A DNA stretch of 64,000 nt, taken from IMG/VR virus record IMGVR_UViG_3300025168_000071, positions 4,796 through 68,795 of that record. One strand, written 5' to 3'. Positions 36,214 through 46,481 of the stretch are shown here, piece after piece (positions within the stretch are counted from its first letter, which is position 1; the number at the start of each line of letters is the position of its first letter). The position numbers and the translations under genes were made by a program. The stretch is from a virus. The notes under the pieces were generated by a model, which saw only the letters and a program-made list of their open reading frames with translations, was not told the origin of the DNA and made no database searches.

Positions 36214-36312
36214 GTTCCTCCAGCGCCGATTCGCTCCGATTGCTATCGCAACCAGTCGGTGACGGCATGCACCACGAGGCGGGCATGCTAACGCCGCCGC
36301 TGAACAAGGAAC
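36214..36312 (-). ncRNA. Candidate three-way-junction ncRNA between tRNAs
   Basis: GTTCC/GGAAC and TTCAGCG/CGCTGGA closing stem, two long hairpins. Confidence 0.55.
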
Positions 36313-36318
36313 TGCAAA

Positions 36319-36405
36319 TGGTAGCTCCGATGGGATTCGAACCCATAAGCCCGATACGGGCGTCAGATTTTAAGTCTAATGTGTATACCATTCCACCACG
36401 GAGCC
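36319..36405 (-). tRNA. tRNA-Leu(TAA)
   Basis: Cloverleaf with long variable arm, loop CTTAAAA, CCA end. Confidence 0.95.
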
Positions 36406-36420
36406 TCAATTGACTATACT

Positions 36421-36474
36421 AATATAGCACCAATGGGGGAAGAAGTCAAGCACTAAATGTCAGAGAAACGTCAA
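36421..36474 (-). promoter_or_regulatory. Early promoter cassette copy 17
   Basis: TTGACG/CTGACA boxes, TTGACT-N17-TATATT; drives tRNA cluster. Confidence 0.8.
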
Positions 36475-36731
36475 GGAGTGCGGGCGCGTCGAACTACTTC
36501 AACTTCCCACTGAGTAAACACTCTTATGTGACCATCAGTACATAGTATTTCATATACAAATTCTCGATCAAATAATATATAGTGTTCGTCTATCAATCGA
36601 AGTACGATGCCCATATAGAAAACTCCACGGGGAGCAGCGGCCGATGCCGGCCCGGGATAATAGAAGTATTCAAGATCGTATCGACAAACAACCAAATCTC
36701 CTACGCAAGCCATTGTATTTTTTTGTACCAC
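36471..36731 (-). CDS. SH3/KOW-like small protein
   Basis: CVGDLVVC...GIVL...VEVVR; stop in cassette box. Confidence 0.65.
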   Translation of the reverse strand: MVQKNTMACVGDLVVCRYDLEYFYYPGPASAAAPRGVFYMGIVLRLIDEHYILFDREFVYEILCTDGHIRVFTQWEVEVVRRARTP

Positions 36732-36747
36732 ACATTAAGTATGTGTC

Positions 36748-37152
36748 TCAACTAAGTTTCTTAAACCAGTCGGTGGGAAGCCACGATATATCTTCCCTCA
36801 TTTTGTCTGCCCCGTAGTCGGAGGGATGCTTGAACCACCTAATCATTACAAAATCTCGCTTAAGATTTTCTGGCATGGGGGCAGCACGATTACCATAGAA
36901 GGCGTTGTTTATAAGAAACGAATATACCAAGTCCTCATCAAGTTCGCTCTCGCTGATGAGATAGTCGCATGCTTTCTTCTTCGCTCTCCAACTTGGTGCA
37001 TCGGAATACATATCCATGAAGAGGTTGTAGGACTGACCCGACTCAAGTTTGTGAAAGGCGTCCTCTTCCCGCACCAATACGATACCGAGGCCCGGGATTT
37101 TTCTTCTGTAGAGGCTGACCAAGTCCCCCTTCCCTATCTCTACTCTTCCCAT
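36748..37152 (-). CDS. SH3-like protein with insertion
   Basis: GKGDLVSL...GIVL...MIRW. Confidence 0.6.
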   Translation of the reverse strand: MGRVEIGKGDLVSLYRRKIPGLGIVLVREEDAFHKLESGQSYNLFMDMYSDAPSWRAKKKACDYLISESELDEDLVYSFLINNAFYGNRAAPMPENLKRDFVMIRWFKHPSDYGADKMREDISWLPTDWFKKLS

Positions 37153-37448
37153 CGCTTACCTTCCAGCACAGCATCTATATAACCTATGGGTACCTTTACA
37201 ATAACGTAACGCCAGCCCAGCCACCACGGCTCAACAAGTGCGTCACGAATACCAGTATCCAAAGCTTTAGAAGGTTCTTCCACTTCTATATACAGACATA
37301 TAACTGAGCCACCATCGTCGTTCTCAAAGCGGACTGTAAATCGAAAATCGCATGCGGCTGCTGCATGAACGCGCAGCGTCTTTTCTGCTTCCTGTTTGGG
37401 GGCTTTATCCCCTAATCTAAACTTTTTGCTCATGTTGAATCCCCTCAC
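37140..37448 (-). CDS. Hypothetical protein
   Basis: ORF in operon. Confidence 0.6.
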   Translation of the reverse strand: MRGFNMSKKFRLGDKAPKQEAEKTLRVHAAAACDFRFTVRFENDDGGSVICLYIEVEEPSKALDTGIRDALVEPWWLGWRYVIVKVPIGYIDAVLEGKRWEE

Positions 37449-37674
37449 TCAAAATTTCAAACTGATCATGAATCATATTAAGCAGTGTCCAAGTGCCATC
37501 TTTATAGCACATAACGACCACCGCGTTGGGGTGTACATGCGATACCTCCAAGATAACCCCGTAATTGTATATAGGCTCTTGAGGGGTGACGCCATCGCTA
37601 AGATCGGAGGCCGCGTAAAATTTGTAGTCGATTATCCACCGTACCAAACAACCTTTATGTATTTTAGATGCCAC
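37417..37674 (-). CDS. SH3/KOW-like small protein
   Basis: IHKGCLVRW...GVILEV...FEILSE. Confidence 0.65.
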   Translation of the reverse strand: MASKIHKGCLVRWIIDYKFYAASDLSDGVTPQEPIYNYGVILEVSHVHPNAVVVMCYKDGTWTLLNMIHDQFEILSEGIQHEQKV

Positions 37675-37699
37675 ATAATAACTATCCCCACCTCAACAA

Positions 37700-37963
37700 T
37701 TACTCTTTTAGTTTAGTTTTAAGGATCTTCGCGCGGGATGGGCCGGCGCCATATGACACCCACACATCGTTACGCCCCTTGAATGTGTTTCGGAGTAGCG
37801 TAAGCGATGGCTTGTGTGGGCCATTCTCAGTTTCCATGAATACCGGATGAGTGCCGGTGTTAGCTATCTTAAGGGCGTCACGATGCACTGCTTTCAGTGA
37901 CGAATAAACCCCGCAAAAAACATCCCACCTATCAAAGAGGCAGTAAATATATATTTTAGTCAT
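37700..37963 (-). CDS. Hypothetical protein
   Basis: IYIYCLF...GVYSSLKA. Confidence 0.6.
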   Translation of the reverse strand: MTKIYIYCLFDRWDVFCGVYSSLKAVHRDALKIANTGTHPVFMETENGPHKPSLTLLRNTFKGRNDVWVSYGAGPSRAKILKTKLKE

Positions 37964-38228
37964 GAGAAGCTTCCTCTTGGGAAGCCACCATGGAGTGAGC
38001 GGTCAGATCAATGACACTTTCATAATATTGTAATTCTATTCTTTTCGCTTTTAATTCAGCTTCGTCCATTGATGATGAAACAGCAATCGAGTATTCCACT
38101 TTTAATTTTGCAAATTCTTCCATTGTCTGGGTCAGTGCATAAGACGCAAAGATGGAATTGCAGAAGTCATCAAGTCTTTCTTGCACTTCAAAAAACGGAC
38201 CCTCCTTAAAGAATATTTTATTACTCAT
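37956..38228 (-). CDS. Hypothetical protein
   Basis: ORF, coupled. Confidence 0.55.
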   Translation of the reverse strand: MSNKIFFKEGPFFEVQERLDDFCNSIFASYALTQTMEEFAKLKVEYSIAVSSSMDEAELKAKRIELQYYESVIDLTAHSMVASQEEASHD

Positions 38229-38467
38229 TTGCCCTTACAGCCTCCGCACCCTTTGCGGGCTGTTCGATCCTTTCGTTCGGTTCTATTAAGTTTTATTTTC
38301 TTGAAGTTGGAAATCTTGTCTTCCACAAGCTCACCATCAACAAGGGCGCGTATGCGATCCTCGTTCGGCTTAAAGGCGCCGCAGACAACTACCTTTTGGC
38401 GTGGTACATACAGCAGGTATTCACCGGGAAACACTGATTTGCCTTCGTTAATTTCTATAAATTCCAT
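38225..38467 (-). CDS. Hypothetical protein
   Basis: C-terminal GCGGC; GAGGA RBS. Confidence 0.6.
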   Translation of the reverse strand: MEFIEINEGKSVFPGEYLLYVPRQKVVVCGAFKPNEDRIRALVDGELVEDKISNFKKIKLNRTERKDRTARKGCGGCKGK

Positions 38468-39417
38468 TATTCCTCTTTCACGGTCATCAACTGATCATAT
38501 GCGGCGCGCTTTGCGTCACCTAAGCGTCCAAGCACACCATCGCGGCGAAGCATCTTAAAGGCTATGTTCTCGGCTGAAAACTCAGCCTCTTCAGATTCAA
38601 GGCCGGCTTGGCGCATATCTCTTATCTTTTGTTTAACTCTATCAACAGTGCGAATCGCTTGCTCATAATCCTTGCGCTTACCAATCATATCTTTTTCGAT
38701 GGACTCAGTGCGCTCTGTATAATCCCTTGCTTTCTTCTCGGCAGTGTCAAAATCAATCTGTGCATCGCTGGGCGCCGGCTTTACAAGCCAGTCAGTCCAA
38801 CGCTCTCCGGCTTCGGGGCCGGCACTCCATGAATCGTCGCCCAAAGAATAAATACCGGACGACTTATGCTCTTCGTTCACGTTCTCTACATAGATTTCCA
38901 CTTCAAAGCCGTGAATCTTTATGTCGTGCTTGTCGTTCCAGCGCATCCTCACCTCGTCAAAAAACGCTTTGACCAGCCCAGTATCCTCATTAATTTTAGA
39001 GAAGTCTACGACGATGTGTAGGTCCACGTCGGAGTACTTTGACCAGTTATAGTTGGCTAATGAACCAGTGAGTCGAATATCTTCAATAGTAATGGGGGCG
39101 CCAATATCTTTAGACTCTTCGATTGTGTCAATAAAGTCGCGTGCGATCTCTATCAGACGCGACTCTACTTCAGGATGCAGCCTTTCATCTTCCCAAATAT
39201 CCGGCTGTAACTCGTCATGGAGGGCGAAGCTATCCCGTTCAGCCTCTTCAAGCTGCTTGTCAAACGTGACATGGTTGCCCATGCTCTTTGTATAGGGGGG
39301 AGTGTTCTTCTGGCCGCCCTTGCCAAGCATCTTGTTGCGGTCTTTGATGTAGCTTCTAATCCGTTTCTTGTATGAGCCGGCTTCTTCGATGCCCTGCATA
39401 TAATCGTCCCAACTCAT
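38467..39417 (-). CDS. Phage nucleotidyltransferase (Pol-beta superfamily)
   Basis: GSLANYNWSKYSDVDLH; EVEIY; EFSAENIAFK. Confidence 0.8.
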   Translation of the reverse strand: MSWDDYMQGIEEAGSYKKRIRSYIKDRNKMLGKGGQKNTPPYTKSMGNHVTFDKQLEEAERDSFALHDELQPDIWEDERLHPEVESRLIEIARDFIDTIEESKDIGAPITIEDIRLTGSLANYNWSKYSDVDLHIVVDFSKINEDTGLVKAFFDEVRMRWNDKHDIKIHGFEVEIYVENVNEEHKSSGIYSLGDDSWSAGPEAGERWTDWLVKPAPSDAQIDFDTAEKKARDYTERTESIEKDMIGKRKDYEQAIRTVDRVKQKIRDMRQAGLESEEAEFSAENIAFKMLRRDGVLGRLGDAKRAAYDQLMTVKEE

Positions 39418-39764
39418 AGTGGTGGTTCTCCATCGTAAATAGCCTGTTCTCCGTCTTCAAACGTAATAATGGTTCCATTTCCCGGGTGTGATGTTACGTG
39501 TATCTTAATGAAATCGTCGAAAGCATCAAAAAACGCAATAGATCCTCGGGGTGCGGGCGTTAGCCAATGAATGACTGTGTGTCCGGTGGCGAACATTGCA
39601 CCTTCGATCACAACACCCTCTCCTGAAATGCCGGTTTCATCGTTTTGTCGGCATACCGTAAAGGTTCTAATTCCCTCGGGCGCTCGGTTGCTTGGCTTCT
39701 TAGGCTTCAGGTCTTCCGGCTCTGTGGACGGAACCAATTGTTCGGTGTCTTCGTTAGGCATCAT
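39414..39764 (-). CDS. Hypothetical protein
   Basis: R..DETGISGEGVVIEG.F..G..VIHW motif. Confidence 0.7.
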   Translation of the reverse strand: MMPNEDTEQLVPSTEPEDLKPKKPSNRAPEGIRTFTVCRQNDETGISGEGVVIEGAMFATGHTVIHWLTPAPRGSIAFFDAFDDFIKIHVTSHPGNGTIITFEDGEQAIYDGEPPL

Positions 39765-39991
39765 GCATCCCCCTTGGGTTCCACATCAAATAATGCATCT
39801 AAGCAAATACCTTCAATAGCCTTTGCGGCGGCCTGATCAGCAGCCACTTCGTCAGGACACACTTCCTCGGGTCCATCATAATCATTCCTTAGTTTGTTAA
39901 CGCAGTCCATTAACATATCAATACTGCTCTCCATACTCTGAAGTCTTTCCATTAGATCTCCTAAACAATCTTTGGTTTTGTTGTTACTCAT
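39761..39991 (-). CDS. Hypothetical protein
   Basis: AAGGA RBS. Confidence 0.6.
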   Translation of the reverse strand: MSNNKTKDCLGDLMERLQSMESSIDMLMDCVNKLRNDYDGPEEVCPDEVAADQAAAKAIEGICLDALFDVEPKGDA

Positions 39992-40020
39992 TGTTGATTT
40001 CCTTTACATTCTATCATAGT

Positions 40021-40788
40021 TTAATTCATAATTGAAGTCCAATCCACTTTGAAAGTTGGTACAACGATAACCACACTTTCTAATGCTTGAATTCCAAATT
40101 CTGTTACCCCTACGTCGATTGCTAATAAATATCCTATCAATTTGCCATCAGTGGTAAAGACTCCTGAACCAGAGGCTCCACTAAACGCATATGAATATAA
40201 ATAGATGTAGTCGGAGCTATCATACCCTACTATTGTTCCCGGCACTGTGAGTGGGCCGGCGCTGTTGGGATAGCCGGTATAATAAACCTTTGTTTGGGAC
40301 GAAAGAGCTTGCTTCCACTCTGAAGCTTTTGGCAGGCTGCGTCGGATATTTATAGGGGTGCGCGAGGGGATTTCGGTAATCTCCATGATGGCATAATCCA
40401 AAGCAGGATCATAGGCCAACATATCTATACAGTCCACAATTCCATCCTCGGGTGTCCACACTTTAGTATCATCACATGGGCCGGCCAAGCCATGGGCGAC
40501 GGTGAAAATAAAATATCGATCACCATTCTTAATATACGTGCCAGTAGATGAGGCTATCACTCCGTCATACGATAATGACAAAACTTGTACCGTGCTCTTA
40601 CGAGATTTCTTTACTGCGTTCCTTTCGTTTAAGGGAAGCGCCGGCGCTACATTGTCAAAGTCTGTTATTTCTTCTACAGTTGATATGCGTGCTAGAGAGG
40701 TATGAGTAGCATAAAAAACACAACATGCTATAGCGGTCCCCAGACATAAGGCCAAAAGGGTTCTAGCGATTTTCTTAAGCAAACTCAT
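40021..40788 (-). CDS. Membrane-anchored trypsin-like serine protease
   Basis: TVAHG, DYA, GASGSG. Confidence 0.85.
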   Translation of the reverse strand: MSLLKKIARTLLALCLGTAIACCVFYATHTSLARISTVEEITDFDNVAPALPLNERNAVKKSRKSTVQVLSLSYDGVIASSTGTYIKNGDRYFIFTVAHGLAGPCDDTKVWTPEDGIVDCIDMLAYDPALDYAIMEITEIPSRTPINIRRSLPKASEWKQALSSQTKVYYTGYPNSAGPLTVPGTIVGYDSSDYIYLYSYAFSGASGSGVFTTDGKLIGYLLAIDVGVTEFGIQALESVVIVVPTFKVDWTSIMN

Positions 40789-40796
40789 GCATGCTC

Positions 40797-43700
40797 CTAT
40801 ACTTGCTTCTGATAGCTAAAAAATACTGGTAGCTCCTCCAATCCCGACTTCTTGGCGAACCACACTAAATCCTCTCCACCTGTAACTCTTGCTCTTCCGT
40901 TCTGTCCCAATGCCACATACACTGGCATTTGGGCGCCGTCTTTGATAAAATGTTTGTACCTTCCGTCGAAATCAGTCTTGTTCCCTCTATAGTATCTAGA
41001 GCAAAGTTTCCATAATTCACTTACCGGCATCATAACATGATACTGCATTTGATTAGTGTTCTGAGGAGTGTCATAGATTTGCACACCTCCTTCCGCCCAA
41101 TCTTCTATTACAGACTCAAGCGACACTCTGGGTGTGACCATCTCCGGGCGGTAAGGTTCGGGGGTGGCGGCTGCATAGCCAAGGCCACCCCACTCGCGCA
41201 GTGGTGCATCGGCAAGCTCGGGCAAGCCGCGATCTCGCACGGTGACACCAATAACGTTCTTTTGAATAGCGGGTACCAACACGCTATCGCGGTATGTGTC
41301 ACGGGCTTGCTGGCCATATAATTCAAACTTAATCTCATACACTCGGTAGATTGAGTCAATACCAACTTTGCGCTCCAGTTCCACAACGTTTTTAACGGTG
41401 GTCACTTCGGGAATACCGCGAATCTGATTCTCAATCTGTTCGTCTCGGCCAGAAAGAACCGTGTCCACTATGCAACCCATCTTAACTTTATAGATGCGAA
41501 GATCAATTGGCTCGCGTTCGATGAGCATCCGATCTATTCTGCTAATCTGATCTTCAAGGCTCTCATTCATGGTTCCCTTGAGTGTGTGGACGAAGGCACT
41601 AACGTCCCCTGCAACCAAGGCGTCCATGGCCTTCGAACGTTGTTCGGGGGATAACCGCCCCAGTTCAGATTCGGCTTGCGCGGATTCCTCCGGACTGTAG
41701 CCAAACCGGTTTTGCAGGCGCGCCATCAGGTTGGGTTCGTTTTTCCATTCAGCCCCAAAAGAGTAAGAGCCGGCGTTGGCAACCGATGCGTGGCGCATTT
41801 GGGAGCGCACCATCCCATCCCACTGGTTTGGCGTGTTGTTATCATTGTGCCAGCTTCCATACGGGGCTGCGGAGCCAATAGCCAATGGGCGCAAGTAATT
41901 TTCAATGGCCGCAAGTTTCTCAAATTTGCTAAACTGTGGCCAGTTTTGCTTAACGAACATCACTACCAGCATAACTTGTTCTGCGGCGGGATTGCCATGG
42001 TCGGCTAAGGAGTCATATATATCTTCTAACGAGTCAGCGTATTGAGACATCAAAGTGCCGTCCAGAACGCTGCGCTCCTCTACTTGCTTCTTCTCTACTG
42101 CATGCTGTACAAACTCTTGATACGTGCTTGTTAATGCATTCTGAATCTGATTGGGGTAAGAGTCCGTAAACTTCATAAACTCAAAGGCGCCGGTAATATC
42201 CGCTTCATCCGAGCTGGCTTCAATGATGACCTTCATTTTAATCTCAACCGGTAATGACTTCTCGGTCGACCTGAAATTGGGCACCAATCTAACTTGTGCA
42301 TGTCCGAAATCCACGCCATCATACGAAGGGCGGGCGTATTCATCGCCAAAATCAAATTCCATTTGCGCCTCTACATACCCATTTGCCGCATCTTGCAATG
42401 GCTTAAGTTTTTCGGCCATGATATTCATGAAATTAACGCCGGGATAGACTTCTTTAGCTCCGGCGCCGGGCAGCACATCCGCCGATGAGCCGAACACAAG
42501 TCGCAGAGCCTCAAGAGTGTTGCCAAGAATCGGCGGCAAACTGTCTAACGGGATAAGCATGCTCCCACCGGGCTTGAAGCGATACCATATTTCTCCGTCG
42601 TCATCTAAGTCGCCGTTCTCATCAAAACCCAGAACTTCCCATGTCCGAAGCGCTTCGCCGTCAGCCTGAAGGCCGGGTAAAAGGCGATCCAAATCGTTTT
42701 CGGCGATAAAGTTCTCATTAGCGAGGGCGCGTCGGATCTTTTCATAGATTCCATCGTAGTTATCGCCGATGTCATCAATTATATAGTCAGCAAAGCTATC
42801 ATATTCATCAGGCGAGGATTCTTCGAAGCTCATTCTAAATCGTATTGTTAATTCGCCGGCGACAACTTCCCACTCTATATGTTCTGTGTGTTCTGGAAAT
42901 GTTTTGTCTAATATTTTCGTAAAGTAACTAAAGTTGGAACTCTGAGAATTCACGGTGTTGGGTATCGTGGCGTAGTCGCGTTCTTCATCCACCCAGTGGT
43001 ATCCATCGCGATCACTCGGATCCTGACGGCCCTTCCACCCTACATCAAACCCAAATACTACGTCTGCTCCGCCCATTACATACGGGTACTCGGTATCACC
43101 GTATTCTGATACCTCGGCATCAAAATGAATATTTGCCGGCGCGCGGTTTATGGCTGTGTTGAGCACCTCTTCAAGCTCGTCTGCGGCCACTTCGAACTGG
43201 TCGTTCTCTTCATTGAATTCATGTTCGACCGAACCACTATACTGATCAATCTTTTGGCCCGACATAGAAAAGAACAGGTTCAGTATATCGCCATCAGGGT
43301 TGTCACTCCATGAGCCACCATAGCGTACGAGATACTCCTCCCTTGGAAGCTCCAAGTGATCTGGCTCAGACGGGTCAATGAATATTTCCTTCTGTTGTTC
43401 CCATGCCCACTCGCGTACAGCTTGTCGAAAACGCTCAGTTTGTGAGCCGTACAGACGTTGTTCTGGGACCGCTATGAAGTCACCACTGGCTGTGTCAAGG
43501 AACTTTCTAAGGCGTACACGGGCAGTCGCGCTGATGCCGGGGATACTGCGGTCGGGATCTCTGAATATCTCTTGCTTATCATAATCCTCAAGGGGCCTTG
43601 GCGCTGGCAAGTCTCCTTCTTGTGGCCAAGTCCGCTGATTGTTCAGCTTGGCGTGCACCGCATCGCGGACCATGTCTGGGGTGATAAATGCTGTCATCTC

Positions 43701-44678
43701 TGAGGAATAATTAGGGCCGTCGCGGTCTGGTCGGCCTCCTGACCACCTTGCGATCTCAGCGCGGATGAGGCCGACTATCATCTCAAATTGGTCGGCATCG
43801 TTCAAATATTTGTGTGTCGCATCGAAGCGGCGCTGGTCAGCTAAATATCGCCACAACGCTCGCTGTGCGTCGTGCTTCATGGGTTCTGTAAGCGACTGGC
43901 TTTGCTTTCGAAGAAAATCATTTAAATCGACCGTCTTGACCATATAAGCAATGAGGCCGTTGCCCTTAGATTCTTCCACTGCACATTTAAAATATTCGGA
44001 TCCTTCCGAATGGCACGAAGATATGGTGCCGACATCACTCATTCGTAATACGTCCACAGGATGGCGAGAAAGGATAATCCGCCACTCATCACCATCTATG
44101 TTGCCGGAGAAAGCATTTTGGGCCATATTCCAGCCGTCTTCATCTCTAGTATAAAAGGTTTGTTTCTTTCGCCACCATTGTAGAAGCTCGGGGCGCATGC
44201 GACCTTGTTTTACTCCGTGAGCAATTGCGCGCGTCATCGTTGTTCGATTTGTCTTTTGAATGGTCTCGCCCTTGCGGGGGCCGGCCGGGATCTTAAAGTC
44301 AAACGTCTTTGTTAAATCCAAGGAAGCAACCTGCACATCCTCTTCGTATTCCTCCCCGGTACCAAGGCGGCGCTTCTTTTGTTTGACCCATTTCTTCTCA
44401 AACGTGGCGCCACCCACTGCCGGGGCCCAGCCTTCGGTTTTCAAGGCATCAACAATCTCAATTAAATTCTTGGTATCTCCCTCAACAAGCGGAATCGCCA
44501 CTCTTAAGTGGCCACCAAACAGGTCGTCAAACTCTGTTTGAATCTGTGTGCCGTGATCCGACATGTAATCAAACGCCACTTCTATATTTTGGCGGTTCAT
44601 CTCATCTAAACGTCTTGGGCCTTTCTTCCGCTTTGTTTGCCGAAGGCTGTCAAACCAAAGTTCAGTTGCAATATTCAT
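40797..44678 (-). CDS. Large putative virion protein, paralog of 7517..10444
   Basis: DVLRMSD..ISSCHS..EYFKCAVEE block; ACTATTTAT upstream. Confidence 0.7.
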   Translation of the reverse strand: MNIATELWFDSLRQTKRKKGPRRLDEMNRQNIEVAFDYMSDHGTQIQTEFDDLFGGHLRVAIPLVEGDTKNLIEIVDALKTEGWAPAVGGATFEKKWVKQKKRRLGTGEEYEEDVQVASLDLTKTFDFKIPAGPRKGETIQKTNRTTMTRAIAHGVKQGRMRPELLQWWRKKQTFYTRDEDGWNMAQNAFSGNIDGDEWRIILSRHPVDVLRMSDVGTISSCHSEGSEYFKCAVEESKGNGLIAYMVKTVDLNDFLRKQSQSLTEPMKHDAQRALWRYLADQRRFDATHKYLNDADQFEMIVGLIRAEIARWSGGRPDRDGPNYSSEMTAFITPDMVRDAVHAKLNNQRTWPQEGDLPAPRPLEDYDKQEIFRDPDRSIPGISATARVRLRKFLDTASGDFIAVPEQRLYGSQTERFRQAVREWAWEQQKEIFIDPSEPDHLELPREEYLVRYGGSWSDNPDGDILNLFFSMSGQKIDQYSGSVEHEFNEENDQFEVAADELEEVLNTAINRAPANIHFDAEVSEYGDTEYPYVMGGADVVFGFDVGWKGRQDPSDRDGYHWVDEERDYATIPNTVNSQSSNFSYFTKILDKTFPEHTEHIEWEVVAGELTIRFRMSFEESSPDEYDSFADYIIDDIGDNYDGIYEKIRRALANENFIAENDLDRLLPGLQADGEALRTWEVLGFDENGDLDDDGEIWYRFKPGGSMLIPLDSLPPILGNTLEALRLVFGSSADVLPGAGAKEVYPGVNFMNIMAEKLKPLQDAANGYVEAQMEFDFGDEYARPSYDGVDFGHAQVRLVPNFRSTEKSLPVEIKMKVIIEASSDEADITGAFEFMKFTDSYPNQIQNALTSTYQEFVQHAVEKKQVEERSVLDGTLMSQYADSLEDIYDSLADHGNPAAEQVMLVVMFVKQNWPQFSKFEKLAAIENYLRPLAIGSAAPYGSWHNDNNTPNQWDGMVRSQMRHASVANAGSYSFGAEWKNEPNLMARLQNRFGYSPEESAQAESELGRLSPEQRSKAMDALVAGDVSAFVHTLKGTMNESLEDQISRIDRMLIEREPIDLRIYKVKMGCIVDTVLSGRDEQIENQIRGIPEVTTVKNVVELERKVGIDSIYRVYEIKFELYGQQARDTYRDSVLVPAIQKNVIGVTVRDRGLPELADAPLREWGGLGYAAATPEPYRPEMVTPRVSLESVIEDWAEGGVQIYDTPQNTNQMQYHVMMPVSELWKLCSRYYRGNKTDFDGRYKHFIKDGAQMPVYVALGQNGRARVTGGEDLVWFAKKSGLEELPVFFSYQKQV

Positions 44679-44721
44679 TTAATTGTGCTCCATCCTATAA
44701 ATAGTTAGCTTTTAATGATTC

Positions 44722-45078
44722 TCACCGGTTGTAATCATCTTCTATCCTAACCACATCGTCAAGCTCTGGGGTGCTCACTTCGATCAATTCAACGTTGACC
44801 TCATTAGCTCCGAATCGGTGGACTTGCCCCGGTGTGACATGAAATGTATCACCAGAATAAAACTTTGTAATTTTATCGTTCTCATCATAATTGTATAGAA
44901 TACCCTTGAGGACAAACACTGTTTCCTCTTTAACTTCATGGTATTGCTTAGAAAGTCGGTGGCCGGCTTTAATAAACAATAGCTTGCCTACATACTTGTC
45001 CGTTTGCGCCCAGTGAAGCTCATAGCCCCACGGCTTCTCCACCTTGGCAGATTTAATATCATCCCAGTTTTTACTCAT
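44722..45078 (-). CDS. Cupin (mannose-6-phosphate isomerase type II-like)
   Basis: KPWG, LSKQYH..KEE, HRF, EVSTP..DDVVR..D.Y.R. Confidence 0.85.
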   Translation of the reverse strand: MSKNWDDIKSAKVEKPWGYELHWAQTDKYVGKLLFIKAGHRLSKQYHEVKEETVFVLKGILYNYDENDKITKFYSGDTFHVTPGQVHRFGANEVNVELIEVSTPELDDVVRIEDDYNR

Positions 45079-45079
45079 C

Positions 45080-45430
45080 TCATCTCCATAATAATTGTAT
45101 TAATGCTATAATAAATGCTAACGTTACGCACACCATAGTCTTGGCTGTAAACATACTTTCATTTAAAAAATACCATGTCAAGAAGGGAAAGGTAAGATAT
45201 GAGAGTGCAAATATCAAAAATCGTGGACCCCATACCTCGCCCATCTCGTTGTACGCCATCTGTATACCTAGCCAAAAACAAAGGCCGGCGGGTAAAGAGA
45301 ACACCAACAGTGCAGCGAAGGGCTTATCCTTCCACCAATCCCATACAAACTGAGAGTTTAAGTGAAACCAACCCAAGCCTTGCCCCAACGTAAAGAGGAG
45401 GCAGGCGTAAAATAGCTTAGAAGTTAGCAA
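45080..45430 (-). CDS. 4-TM membrane protein (DMT/SMR-like)
   Basis: Four hydrophobic helices, FLNE near C-terminus. Confidence 0.6.
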   Translation of the reverse strand: MLTSKLFYACLLFTLGQGLGWFHLNSQFVWDWWKDKPFAALLVFSLPAGLCFWLGIQMAYNEMGEVWGPRFLIFALSYLTFPFLTWYFLNESMFTAKTMVCVTLAFIIALIQLLWR

Positions 45431-46175
45431 TCGTCATCTCCTCGCACCTTCCCCGGTCATCCGTTGGGCGCCCGTATGCATCCACCATCTGAATATTGTG
45501 TTCCTTGTACAAGTCAAACAAGGCCGGATGGTTTTTATACATTAGCACAACCTTCTGATCGCTTTGACCTACGAACTCGGCTAAGTCTCGGTGGTGGACC
45601 GGCGTGACGTCTGCTGCACGACTTTTGCCGTACTCAAAAAGATTAAAGCTATAATTTCCGACAGGTAGCAGCGTATACTCTGTGTCAGACGCATCTTTAA
45701 TGTTTTGGATCAGGTCGTCATCTTTGTCGTAAACTGGATACAGGTTCTCCACGTCGAACCTCTTCAATAGGGCGAACGCTGCGGGGTTGAAGTTATCGCG
45801 AGATAGCTCACCGCAGGATACTAGCCCAGTGGATGAAGAACGATTCATTATAAAAAACAATGCGGCTCTCAGCTTCGCATCCTTATAGTTAGTCCAGTCT
45901 TCCTGCAAAAAGTAAAATTGTGCATCGTCAATCGTCGGGTGTACATGTGCGGCGGCGCGCGCGAGTGCATGCCGGTCAGCGAGCAAGTGCATCCAAAATT
46001 CATAAATAGCATAACGATTGGTGTGAGCCATCATTTGTCGGCCGGTAGCCGCTAGCGATGCCTCAACTTCGCCACTATAAAACAAAAAGGAATTAACCTT
46101 GCTGTTAGTCGGGATGAGCTTTTTAACTGTTGTTACACTTCTAAACGATACGTTACTCTTGAGGGGGGTTTTCAC
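45417..46175 (-). CDS. Degenerate Dam (D12-class) methyltransferase-like protein
   Basis: RAALFFIMNRSS..G motif; no FxGxG or DPPY. Confidence 0.5.
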   Translation of the reverse strand: MKTPLKSNVSFRSVTTVKKLIPTNSKVNSFLFYSGEVEASLAATGRQMMAHTNRYAIYEFWMHLLADRHALARAAAHVHPTIDDAQFYFLQEDWTNYKDAKLRAALFFIMNRSSSTGLVSCGELSRDNFNPAAFALLKRFDVENLYPVYDKDDDLIQNIKDASDTEYTLLPVGNYSFNLFEYGKSRAADVTPVHHRDLAEFVGQSDQKVVLMYKNHPALFDLYKEHNIQMVDAYGRPTDDRGRCEEMTIANF

Positions 46176-46476
46176 TGACCATCACCCCTTCATCGGTGTC
46201 GGTCGGCTCTGCTTCTTGGGACAGAGCGGTCCGATAGTTAATATACGCCCCGATGATATTGTTGATATCACGCAAACAATAATCAAGTTTAGCCAATCTC
46301 TGTCGAATATCATCGACGTTCTCCAGCGTGCGCAAAGAAAGCACTTCAGGCTCATTATTCGGCTGTGGTATGCTCACCACGTCTAGCTGAGTGTGGGCCT
46401 CTGTGAGGAGTCGTGACACTTCCATGCTTAGATCCTCCAGCTCGATTGTGTATTGTAAGTTTACTCTTTCTCCCAT
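46153..46476 (-). CDS. Hypothetical coiled-coil protein
   Basis: ORF with AAGGA RBS. Confidence 0.6.
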   Translation of the reverse strand: MGERVNLQYTIELEDLSMEVSRLLTEAHTQLDVVSIPQPNNEPEVLSLRTLENVDDIRQRLAKLDYCLRDINNIIGAYINYRTALSQEAEPTDTDEGVMVSENPPQE

Positions 46477-46481
46477 TATCT

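Noticed and set aside
36173-36413. ORFs 36173..36409 and 36204..36413
   Set aside because: Overlap tRNA-Leu, tRNA-Lys and the candidate ncRNA
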